Assembly (NCBI GenBank): GCA_000743035.1
Contig: CP008940.1
Location: 33,131 to 65,130 of the forward strand
Length of the DNA stretch: 32,000 bases
Reading direction: 5' to 3'
Origin: Candidatus Paracaedimonas acanthamoebae
GTDB lineage: Bacteria > Pseudomonadota > Alphaproteobacteria > Caedimonadales > Caedimonadaceae
A program made the position numbers and the translations under genes. The notes under the pieces are model-generated. The model did not search any database, had not been told where the DNA came from, and saw only the letters and a list, made by a program, of their open reading frames with translations. The stretch's first letter is position 1. Every line of letters begins with the position of its first letter. Positions 14,167 to 21,976 of this stretch are shown piece by piece.

Positions 14167-15381
14167 TTAAGGTGCCATGCTTACGTACCTATCAATATAC
14201 TCATAAAATTCGTTTTTAAATTTATCAAACACTTTATCTAGATTAGAATTACTATTAAGTGCTTCACTAAAATTACTCCTGATATTGTCAATAATGCTAC
14301 CCACTTTTCTTTTTGCTACTTCTTTAATTGGAGTTTCCTTGAGGATTGTAGAAATAATCTGATAGCCGTATACCTTAAAGCATTTTGATGCACTATTCAG
14401 AAAAACTTGTAGAAAATTTCTTTCTTTATTTTCTGCCCAGGCTATAAGAGTTGTACCCATAATATTTTCAGCAATATTTACACCTATCATTTGGTTATCA
14501 CATACTTTTTTCTTTTCCTTTATCTTTTGTTGTTTTTCATGGTAAATTGATTCCCACTCAGAAGGATAGTCTTCTGAATTTTCTTTTTTTAAATTTTTCA
14601 ATTTTTGAGCTTTTAACTCTAATTTTTTTTGTTGTTTTAGGGTTTCTGATTGCAGATAAATACTTCCTAGTTGAATGATACCAAGACCACTAGTTAAAAG
14701 TGGCTCAAGTCTACCAAAAACGATTGAATCACTTCCACCATAAACTACCTTACTTACACCATTAATCATTTGGTTATATCGTAACCCATTTTCTACAAAA
14801 TTTGCTTGACTATTATATCCTAAAATGTCTAAGAAGTGATAAAGACCTGTACCACTACATTGTAGCCACCAAGTAATACTCTCAACTTTTTTAGCTACGT
14901 AGCTTGCTTTACGTAACCCTTTAATTATTCCTGATTCAGGCAAATATTCAGTTAATTCATCTATTGAGTTTCTAATAAAATCCAGTTCCTGTTTTGCTTC
15001 AAGGTTTCCACTATCTTTAGACATAATAAGATACTTCATTCCCTCTTCTGCAGATTTTTCTAAGTATTTTCCCTCCAAATAGAAATGAGCCAAGATATAA
15101 GCAGCACGATGATGACCTGAGTGAGCTGCTAGCTTAAAATATTCTATTGCCTCTTGCATTTGTTCTTCATCTTGTAGAGCGACAGCTTTTATATAATAAT
15201 ACTTAGGGGTTTCAACCTGAAAATTGAGTGTTTCTTCATCTAATACGGAATTTATGGTTCTATAGGCCACAATTTCACTATTACCCTCTCTTTCAAGCTC
15301 ACTTTCTAAAGGATTGCTTGCCATCCCTTGGTATACATAAATAAATTTTATAATAGTCAGCATTAAGTATTTCAATTTCAT
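14167..15381 (-). CDS. Sel1-repeat protein with an unknown, partly hydrophobic C-terminal domain
   Basis: Sel1 units: EAIEYFKLAAHSGHHRAAYILAHFYLEGKYLEKSAEEGMKYLIMSKDSGNLEAKQEL. The C-terminal half has hydrophobic stretches (GLGIIQLGSIYL, MIGVNIAENIMGTTLIAWA) and a Lys/Glu-rich coil. Confidence 0.65.
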   Translation of the reverse strand: MKLKYLMLTIIKFIYVYQGMASNPLESELEREGNSEIVAYRTINSVLDEETLNFQVETPKYYYIKAVALQDEEQMQEAIEYFKLAAHSGHHRAAYILAHFYLEGKYLEKSAEEGMKYLIMSKDSGNLEAKQELDFIRNSIDELTEYLPESGIIKGLRKASYVAKKVESITWWLQCSGTGLYHFLDILGYNSQANFVENGLRYNQMINGVSKVVYGGSDSIVFGRLEPLLTSGLGIIQLGSIYLQSETLKQQKKLELKAQKLKNLKKENSEDYPSEWESIYHEKQQKIKEKKKVCDNQMIGVNIAENIMGTTLIAWAENKERNFLQVFLNSASKCFKVYGYQIISTILKETPIKEVAKRKVGSIIDNIRSNFSEALNSNSNLDKVFDKFKNEFYEYIDRYVSMAP

Positions 15382-15552
15382 GTATTCCTCCTTAAATCTA
15401 AGATAAATAAGAGAAGCTTAATGATGCTTCTTAATCAGGCATGCGCCTTATTAGTATCAAACTACGGAAAAAATTGAAAAGAACCCATAAGTAGAATTCA
15501 CTTGATTGCTCATTTTAAGTAGATTTTACTTAAGGTAACCCGAGTTAATGGG

Positions 15553-16942
15553 ATGGACCTGCCCGTTATTCTCATATGATATGAGAAACGGCATCAAGGT
15601 GCCAAAAGTTCAAGTAAGATGAACTTTAATCACTTAACAGGAGGTCCACATGGAAATAAAAGCATTAGGAATTGATCTTGGCAAGAACTGGTTTCAGCTA
15701 CATGGAGTTGATAAGAGAGGCAAAGCTGTCTTTCAAAAAAAGGTGAACAGAGAAAAGCTTCCTTTACTTATTGCGAATCTTCCTAGATGCATGATTGGAA
15801 TGGAAGCTTGTGCAGGAGCCCATTTTTGGGCTCGTAAGTTTCAAGAGATGGGACATGAAGTAAAGCTGATTGCTCCTCAATTTGTTAAGCCTTACGTAAA
15901 AGGGAATAAGCATGATCAAGCAGATGCGGCCGCTATATGTGAAGCAATGAGCCGTCCTCATATGAGATTTGTTCCTATAAAATCTTTGGCACAACAGGAG
16001 ATTTTAGCTATTCATCGCGTTCGCACCCGCCTTGTGCAAGCCAAGACCTCTCTTGTAAATGAGATTCGAGGATTACTTTTAGAGCAAGGGATTACAATCT
16101 CTCAAGGTATTATCAAGTTTGAACAATCTTTGACAGACTTATTAGATCCTGAGATTGAGGAACTTTCTCCTCATTTTAAGGAGTTTTTAGGGGAGCTCGT
16201 TAAAGAATTTAAGTTCATTAAAGAAAAGATAGAGAGATTTGAAGAACACCTCCAACAGCTTGGAAAAGAAAATACTGCTGTGAAAAGATTAATGACAATT
16301 CCTGGAATAGGTCCGATAGGGGCCTCTGCTTTAGTCGCATCAATTGGGGATATCCGACAGTTTAAGAATGGTAGAGAAGTATCAGCATGGCTTGGCCTTG
16401 TTCCAAAGCAACATTCAACAGGAGGTAAACCTCGGCTTTTAGGAATTAGCAAAAGAGGAGACATGTATTTAAGGACGCTTCTTATTCATGGTGCTAGATC
16501 TGTTATAAGCTGGGCTATGCGGCGCAGAAATCCAGTCTCTTCTCTTGAAAAATGGTGTTTAGGATTGATTGAAAGGCGAGGCTTGAATCGAGCAACAGTT
16601 GCACTTGCCAATAAAATTGGGCGAATGATTTGGGCTCTCCTTGCGAAAGAAGAAGATTATAAGATGTATGCAATTGCATAACTGAAAGAGTTTAGTTCTG
16701 AAGAGAGGTCGTAGAGAAGAAAGATTGATGGCAATAATTGGTCAAACCACCTTGAGGAAAAATCCGTTTAAACGTAAGGCTTTTAGAAGCCGTCGAGTTG
16801 ATTGGGATTCTTTAAGGGCGGATTCCCATCATGGCTAAAGGTAGAAATACTTTACTAATAAGCCGTATACATGACTGCAACCAATTTACTCTCTTATCAA
16901 TTTTATTCTTCAAGAAGGCCTTGACTCAGGCGGCAGGTCCAT
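15553..16942 (+). mobile_element. IS110-family element (IS1111-like, with short subterminal inverted repeats)
   Basis: Perfect 11-bp inverted repeats ATGGACCTGCC (15553..15563) and GGCAGGTCCAT (16932..16942) bracket the transposase ORF. The exact termini may lie slightly outside them. Confidence 0.6.
15650..16681 (+). CDS. IS110-family transposase
   Basis: LGIDLGKNWFQLHGVD...IGMEACAGAHFWARKF...KGNKHDQADAAAICEA...IPGIGPIGASALVASIGD...WLGLVPKQHSTGGK. GGAGG lies before the ATG. Confidence 0.9.
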   Translation: MEIKALGIDLGKNWFQLHGVDKRGKAVFQKKVNREKLPLLIANLPRCMIGMEACAGAHFWARKFQEMGHEVKLIAPQFVKPYVKGNKHDQADAAAICEAMSRPHMRFVPIKSLAQQEILAIHRVRTRLVQAKTSLVNEIRGLLLEQGITISQGIIKFEQSLTDLLDPEIEELSPHFKEFLGELVKEFKFIKEKIERFEEHLQQLGKENTAVKRLMTIPGIGPIGASALVASIGDIRQFKNGREVSAWLGLVPKQHSTGGKPRLLGISKRGDMYLRTLLIHGARSVISWAMRRRNPVSSLEKWCLGLIERRGLNRATVALANKIGRMIWALLAKEEDYKMYAIA

Positions 16943-17007
16943 ACATGCGTTTAAGGTATGAAATTTGTGATACCGTGCAGAGATAGTTTATCAGGTTGTG
17001 TTGCAAC

Positions 17008-17211
17008 TTAGGGTACCAGGAAGATTTGAGCGAAAATACACGGTAAGAAAAATAATTTAAAGAAATCAATAACATAAAAATTGAATAAAACAGTAAGATT
17101 TAGTTAAAGTTTGCACCTTTTTCTTTTTTACTTTCTCAATAAATTCAATATATTAGGATTATAATTCATCGCTTATCGGATATTTACGGCCAAATCTTCC
17201 TGGTACCCTAA
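17008..17211. repeat. 21-bp perfect inverted repeat pair flanking an AT-rich 162-bp spacer
   Basis: TTAGGGTACCAGGAAGATTTG (17008..17028) is the exact reverse complement of CAAATCTTCCTGGTACCCTAA (17191..17211). Similarity continues imperfectly for ~20 more nt inward. Both copies encode an RVPGRF(G/E)RKY transposase-tail peptide. Confidence 0.7.
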
Positions 17212-17341
17212 TAACCATAGGCTTCTTCCCTTGATTTTTGAGTCGGTCTGCAAATTCTTTAATAAGAGGGTTTGACCGAATCGCTGTCAAAGCGGGAAAG
17301 AATAAAAGCTTACGTAAACGGCTTGAACCAACCTTTGACAA
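17159..17341 (-). pseudogene. C-terminal fragment of an IS110-family transposase
   Basis: GSSRLRKLLFFPALTAIRSNPLIKEFADRLKNQGKKPMV matches the IS110 C-terminal block (..lRk.Ly.aAl.a.r.np.lk.fy.rL...GK). Only 60 codons remain. Confidence 0.6.
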
Positions 17342-17367
17342 CTACAATAATATAAGAGGAACTAATC

Positions 17368-17757
17368 TTGTCCCAAAAAGGATTGGACGTACACATTAGG
17401 CCTTATAGTAACTATCATTTAGTGGAACTTGAAGTCGCGTGTAATTATACCCCAACCTTTATTACAGCTGCAAAAAGTGCATTAAGCAAAATTTATAAAC
17501 CTTATTTATCTTACAAAAAAGCTGGAGTGTGTTTATTAGAGCTTTCAGATCCAGAAAGCTTTCAGCCGTCCTTTTTTAAAGCTTCTTTACCTCGTCAAGA
17601 GCAGCTTATGCAAACACTTGATACTTTAAACAAAAGGTATGGAAAAAGAACAGTGAGTTATGGAGCTATAAAACAAGCAGCGCATACGATTACCCAAAGG
17701 CAGTTCCTGTCACCTCATTACACAACTGAATGGAAGGACTTGCCCAAAGTAAAATAA
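17368..17757 (+). pseudogene. umuC: 3' remnant of a umuC-type (Y-family polymerase V) gene
   Basis: QLMQTLDTLNKRYGKRTVSYGA....QRQFLSPHYTTEWKDLPKV matches the conserved UmuC/ImpB C-terminal domain (..SP.YTT.W.dlp.v). About 300 N-terminal codons are missing and the frame begins next to IS debris. Confidence 0.7.
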
Positions 17758-17771
17758 TTTACAAAATTAGC

Positions 17772-18746
17772 CTAGTTAAGCAATTGGGAAAGATCTTCTT
17801 CGCTTAGGCTGGTTATTTCCTTGATAGTTTGCATATCAAGCCCCTTTTGAAGCATAGAACGAGCAATCTCAAATCGGCCTTTTTCTAAGCCCTCTTGAAG
17901 CCCTTCTTGCTTACCTTGTTGTAAGCCTTGCTGCATACCTTCTTGTTTCCATTTTTCTGCAAGTGTCATAATGTTTTCCTCGTCTATGCTGGTGAGACCT
18001 TTTCTAATGATCTCTCTAAATTCTTCTTCATCCTGTATATCAGCAGCTTCTGCAATATATTTAAGATGAACTGTTATATATTGCTTAATATACTCTTTTT
18101 CTTCTCTGACTTCAATATTATGGAGTAATTCTACAACAATCTTAAGAGTTGGAAGAATATTCGGGTCTTTGATGTGCTTGGCAATGAGCGCTGAGGCTCC
18201 AAACCAAAAGAAACTCTTGAGCTCTTCATCTGAAGCTGTTGCAAGGTCAAACAGCTGAACAGGATTAGTCATAATCTGTCTTGCAATCTCTTTATTCTCT
18301 TCAAAAAGGTCAAAAAGGTCTGTTGAACAAGCATAAGGTTTTTGCCCCTGGTGGAGGATTATTGGATACACAAGAGGAAGCTTAGTTTCGCCTGTTTTCT
18401 TAAGGTGGTTATCAATAATGGACGTCATATACTTCAGCATCCGGTAAGGCAGAAACTTATCAGGACGCGAAGAATGTTCTATAAGGGTGTACAAAAATCC
18501 CTCTTGATTATTAAACTTGGCGGAGAAAAGAATGTCTGTCACTTGAAGCTTTAATTCATCAGTGACAAAGGATCCTTTTTGAGGCTCAATTGAATTAAGA
18601 TCAATAATAGATTTAATGTTCTCAGGCAGAGTGGCTTCAAAGAATTCTTTAACAACTTGGGGATTTGTGAATACTGCGCGCAAAAATCTGTCATGCAAGC
18701 TTAGCTTACTTGATTTTGGTTTTTTAATCCCTGAATTATCGCTCAT
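17772..18746 (-). CDS. Rpn-family recombination-promoting nuclease / YhgA-like putative transposase
   Basis: HDRFLRAVFTNPQVVKEFFEATLPENIKSIIDLNSIEPQKGSFV...DILFSAKF...LYTLIEHSSRPDKFLPYRMLKYM is the PD-(D/E)xK YhgA signature. The Q/E/G-rich C-terminal repeats (QQGLQQGKQEGLQEGLEKG) are typical of the family. Start set at ATG 18746 (GAGAGG upstream) rather than TTG 18761. Confidence 0.8.
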   Translation of the reverse strand: MSDNSGIKKPKSSKLSLHDRFLRAVFTNPQVVKEFFEATLPENIKSIIDLNSIEPQKGSFVTDELKLQVTDILFSAKFNNQEGFLYTLIEHSSRPDKFLPYRMLKYMTSIIDNHLKKTGETKLPLVYPIILHQGQKPYACSTDLFDLFEENKEIARQIMTNPVQLFDLATASDEELKSFFWFGASALIAKHIKDPNILPTLKIVVELLHNIEVREEKEYIKQYITVHLKYIAEAADIQDEEEFREIIRKGLTSIDEENIMTLAEKWKQEGMQQGLQQGKQEGLQEGLEKGRFEIARSMLQKGLDMQTIKEITSLSEEDLSQLLN

Positions 18747-18812
18747 AGTATTGCCTCTCAAGTGGTGACTTACACTATCATTATTTTAGAGGGAAGTCTG
18801 CTGTATGTGCAT

Positions 18813-19322
18813 TTAGTTTTGTGGCTTCACCTTTCTTTTTTTAGCCTCAATTGCTCTTGTTATAAGGTGGAGTCTTTCTTGAGCATAAGCTTTATGTTGA
18901 GGAGTGATTTCTTCAACCTCTTGTCCTTTAAGATCAAAGCGGTGCGTTCCTTTCATCACAGCTTTTAGGTAGTGTGTATTCTTGGTATAGTAAGTGATTG
19001 CTTGCCTTATCTTCATTTTGGTAACTTTATGATCTGATGAAAGATCTTTAAAGATGTCTTCTTCAATCTTAAGCTTTAGAGGCTTTGAATATTTTTGGTT
19101 AAAACATTCAGGATAAGTGATCAACAACCATTGAACAGCTGCTTTAATCTCTTCTGATTTCTTGAGCTTAGCTTGATGTTCCATTTTCTTTTGTTCTTTC
19201 AGTGAGGGTTTATTCTTTTCTTGAACAGTCCCTTTTTTGCTGTCTTTTACCATTTGATGGATTTGAGCTTCTTTAGCTAAGCTCAAGGGCTTTTTGAGGG
19301 TAAGTTTGGGACGTTCTGACAT
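18813..19322 (-). CDS. ProQ/FinO-family RNA-binding protein
   Basis: AAVQWLLITYPECFNQKYSKPLKLKIEEDIFKDL...IRQAITYYTKNTHYLKAVMKGTHRFDLKGQEVEEITPQHKAYAQERL fits the FinO-domain consensus (fP.cF...PLk.gI..dl ... Y..s..Yl.a...g..R.dL.G). Basic N- and C-terminal tails. Confidence 0.8.
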   Translation of the reverse strand: MSERPKLTLKKPLSLAKEAQIHQMVKDSKKGTVQEKNKPSLKEQKKMEHQAKLKKSEEIKAAVQWLLITYPECFNQKYSKPLKLKIEEDIFKDLSSDHKVTKMKIRQAITYYTKNTHYLKAVMKGTHRFDLKGQEVEEITPQHKAYAQERLHLITRAIEAKKRKVKPQN

Positions 19323-19530
19323 GGTATTTAGTTCCTTAAAAAATTAACCCTAAAACTATTCACAGTTTCTGAGGATAAAGTTGTTGATTAATCTCTCTTA
19401 AGCTTGAGTTTATAAGATGTTTCCAGCATTGCCTAAGAAGTAAGCATAAAGATTTGCATAGCATTCCTCAAGAATGTTTAAAAATTATCAGGCACTTGAA
19501 TAAATAAAGTAAGTTCATTATTTATGAGTT

Positions 19531-20616
19531 ATGGCTATATTTCATTTTCAAGCGGGGTATACATCTAGAAGCGGCAGTAAATCTGTCTGTGCACATGCAG
19601 CTTATATTGCAGGGCTAGTTCTAGAGGATGATCGTACAGGCCAAATATGGGATTACTCAAAAAGACAGAAAAGCTCTATATTTTCAACCATATTAGCTCC
19701 ATCAGGAACACCAGAATGGGTTTATGATGCTCAGAAACTGTGGAATGCTGCTGAGTCTTTTGAAGACAATATTGCTCACCAAAGGTTTAAGGGACATAAA
19801 GATCCCGTGAAAAATCAAAAAAGCCTTGCTGCAAAAGAAAAATTTCTTATGACTTGCAAGACAAGCTACACAGTCATGTTTGGGCTCCCAATTGAAATTG
19901 AAGACAGAGAGCATCAAAAAGAACTTGCTCAACGACTAGTTCAAGCGTGCTATGTTGATTATGACCTTATAGCTCAATATGTTATTCGTGATAAGGGAGA
20001 TAATCCTTGCCTTCACGCAATTATCACCACCAGACCACTGCTTGAGAATGGCACATTCTCAAAGAAGCGTTTTGTTATTGATAAACGAAAACTGTTTGAA
20101 ATACGAGCAGAGGTTGCGAGAATTGCAAATATGTTTGGCCAAGAGAAGGGTTATAATTATAACCTTGATCCACGCTCGTATAAAGAGCAAGGCATCAACC
20201 TTATACCAACAAGAAAAGTTGGTATTAAAATGAAGTCCCCAAGCTATCAACGGAAGTTGCTTGAGAATGAGGATATCAAACGCCAGAATATTGAAATGAT
20301 CCTCACACATCCAGAAGAAATTATTAAGGTTGTCATCTCCGGTAAGAAATCTTTTACCCAAGAAGATATAATAGCTGAAATCTCTAAGCACTTAGGTGAA
20401 GACGCGCAATACTATGCAATCATGAAAGCAAAAATAGAAGGGCAGGACATGACCGATATTATGAATGAGATTTACTCTTCTGGTCTTTCAGCAATAAACA
20501 AAGAAGAATCTTTAAGCATTCTTGAGAGTTTCTCTGCGCAAATATTATCTCATGAGATGCTCATTAGTATAGGAGAGAATAGTAAGGGAGAAACTCTTTA
20601 CAAGTTTAAAGGTTAA
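19531..20616 (+). CDS. Stand-alone MobA/MobL relaxase-domain paralog of TraA (helicase and primase absent; His-triad degenerate)
   Basis: Collinear with TraA residues 1-~368. I counted 68 identities in the first 120 aligned residues. The Tyr at position 25 is kept (AHAAYIAG). TraA has AIHDKKGNPHLHIL where this protein has VIRDKGDNPCLHAI (nt 19987..20016). Confidence 0.8.
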   Translation: MAIFHFQAGYTSRSGSKSVCAHAAYIAGLVLEDDRTGQIWDYSKRQKSSIFSTILAPSGTPEWVYDAQKLWNAAESFEDNIAHQRFKGHKDPVKNQKSLAAKEKFLMTCKTSYTVMFGLPIEIEDREHQKELAQRLVQACYVDYDLIAQYVIRDKGDNPCLHAIITTRPLLENGTFSKKRFVIDKRKLFEIRAEVARIANMFGQEKGYNYNLDPRSYKEQGINLIPTRKVGIKMKSPSYQRKLLENEDIKRQNIEMILTHPEEIIKVVISGKKSFTQEDIIAEISKHLGEDAQYYAIMKAKIEGQDMTDIMNEIYSSGLSAINKEESLSILESFSAQILSHEMLISIGENSKGETLYKFKG

Positions 20617-20758
20617 GAGGCAAGATTTGTTATTTGAGAAGATCAACAAAACTTGCGTCTAAATTTTCTTCTACTAATCTATAGTCGCACCCAATCCGAT
20701 TCTTGGCTTTGAGCCTTTTATTTAAAAGAAATATTTTCTCTCGCGTGCTTTGTGACCA

Positions 20759-20827
20759 ATTCTTCCATATGAAACCCAAATAACCCAATCTTTGAAAAGA
20801 CTTTGGGTTATCTGAATATGGAAGAAT
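20759..20827. repeat. Nested palindrome between the convergent genes 19531..20616 and 20880..21107
   Basis: Outer arms ATTCTTCCATAT (20759..20770) and ATATGGAAGAAT (20816..20827). Inner arms ATAACCCAA (20780..20788) and TTGGGTTAT (20803..20811). There is no flanking T-tract, so I do not call it a canonical terminator. Confidence 0.5.
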
Positions 20828-20879
20828 CTATGGATCTTTAGCGAGTAATTTTCAGCTTTAAGATAAACTTAAGCATACA

Positions 20880-21107
20880 TTATGCAGTTTTCTGTAACTT
20901 TAAAGATTTAAGCTGTTTCAAAGACAATTGAGGATTATACGGATTAATGGGATAAAGTTGTTTATGGACAAAAACAACATTGCTTTGTTTAAAAGCTCCA
21001 AAAGTACGTGCAATTTCGAGCGCTTTTGTTATCGGATCACTCGATGAATCAAGAGATCTTTGAATCAACTGATTGAGTTTTTCAAACTTATTTTGAGAAG
21101 GATTCAT
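20880..21107 (-). CDS. Small hypothetical protein, last gene of the traC/traD-like operon
   Basis: Good RBS (GGGAGAAAACTCATG). 75 aa. It lies 13 nt after the traD-like stop. No family recognised. Confidence 0.5.
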   Translation of the reverse strand: MNPSQNKFEKLNQLIQRSLDSSSDPITKALEIARTFGAFKQSNVVFVHKQLYPINPYNPQLSLKQLKSLKLQKTA

Positions 21108-21120
21108 GAGTTTTCTCCCT

Positions 21121-21486
21121 TTAGTAAGGATTAGATTTAAGGGGTGAAGTGTGATCTTTTGATTTCATAAATTGCTGGATCATTACTTTTTTTCCTCGGT
21201 ATTCACACTCTTGTTTAAGAGTATTATCAGGATCATTTTGAAGGTGTTCTGTTGCATAGAGAAGCACGCCTAAAAGAATGGTTGCTTTCTCCCGTGCTAT
21301 AGGGTCAAGTTGCAGATCATCACCTGGATTAATCTCTAAGAACTCAGCAAGGCCTGATTTTAAAATGAGGCCACCCAACTGTATTTTTGTTCTATTTTCG
21401 GCTTTACGATCACTCACTTCAAAACGCTTAAGTTTACGATTGTGGTGTTCTAAATCCCAAGAGTTTTTATTAAATTGTTGCTTCAT
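21121..21486 (-). CDS. traD: Ti-type TraD-like relaxosome accessory protein
   Basis: DRKAENRTKIQLGGLILKSGLAEFL...ILLGVLLYA matches the conjugal-transfer TraD (Ti plasmid) core (rK.dTR.KI.LGGL..KAGL...llGaLl). Start chosen at MKQQF (21486), 1 nt after the upstream stop. The ORF is open to 21552. Confidence 0.65.
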   Translation of the reverse strand: MKQQFNKNSWDLEHHNRKLKRFEVSDRKAENRTKIQLGGLILKSGLAEFLEINPGDDLQLDPIAREKATILLGVLLYATEHLQNDPDNTLKQECEYRGKKVMIQQFMKSKDHTSPLKSNPY

Positions 21487-21487
21487 T

Positions 21488-21787
21488 TTATGCAGCTTTT
21501 TGTGAAGATAATTGAGGAGCTTTTGCTCTTTTTTGTGAGGAAGTTCTGCCACAAAATTTCTGAGCAGCTAGTAGCCATCTCTCCTTAAGTTCAGGTTTCT
21601 TTTGCGCTTCCTCAATCACCTGTAAAAGCCCCCCAATAAGCATCATAGGCTCAAGATTGAGAGAAGGGATTTTATTCAAGAGGGATAAGAACTCTTCATT
21701 TTTCTTTTGCTGAAGTTCAGCGATTTCTTTCTCTAATTTTGCTTTTTGTTCTTCAAGTTTAGTGATCTTTTTTTCAATTGCTTGCAT
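21488..21787 (-). CDS. traC: TraC-like (Ti-type) relaxosome accessory protein, coiled-coil N-terminus
   Basis: 99 aa. It is the first gene transcribed divergently from traA across the oriT region, as in Ti-plasmid traCDG/traA. The sequence resemblance itself is weak (coiled coil KKITKLEEQKAKLEKEIAELQQKK). Confidence 0.4.
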   Translation of the reverse strand: MQAIEKKITKLEEQKAKLEKEIAELQQKKNEEFLSLLNKIPSLNLEPMMLIGGLLQVIEEAQKKPELKERWLLAAQKFCGRTSSQKRAKAPQLSSQKAA

Positions 21788-21875
21788 GATTCATTTCTTT
21801 CCAAAAGTTAATAATAATTCTTTCTTTGGAAAGCTCCCCACAGCTTCATAAGAATAAAAATATATAAGCAAAAAA

Positions 21876-21960
21876 GCAGCAGTCCTGCAAGAGTTTTGTA
21901 TCAAAACTCTATAGGCGCATTTAACGACGATTAAAAATCGTCTTGTGCGGCCCTGCGGGC
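21876..21960 (+). other. Origin of transfer (oriT), MOBQ/Ti type
   Basis: Hairpins: AGAGTTTTG-tat-CAAAACTCT (21890..21910) and GACGATT-aaa-AATCGTC (21926..21942). Then TT and GTGCGGCCCT (21945..21954), which resembles the RSF1010/R1162 nick core GTGCGCCCT located just 3' of an inverted repeat. It sits between the divergent traA and traC-like genes. Confidence 0.65.
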
Positions 21961-21976
21961 GGCTGTATATTGTCGT

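Noticed and set aside
21488-21552. A 65-nt overlap between the traC-like and traD-like ORFs as a programmed frameshift or real overlap
   Set aside because: An internal ATG (MKQQF, 21486) sits 1 nt after the upstream stop and gives a TraD-sized product. Ordinary translational coupling explains the layout.
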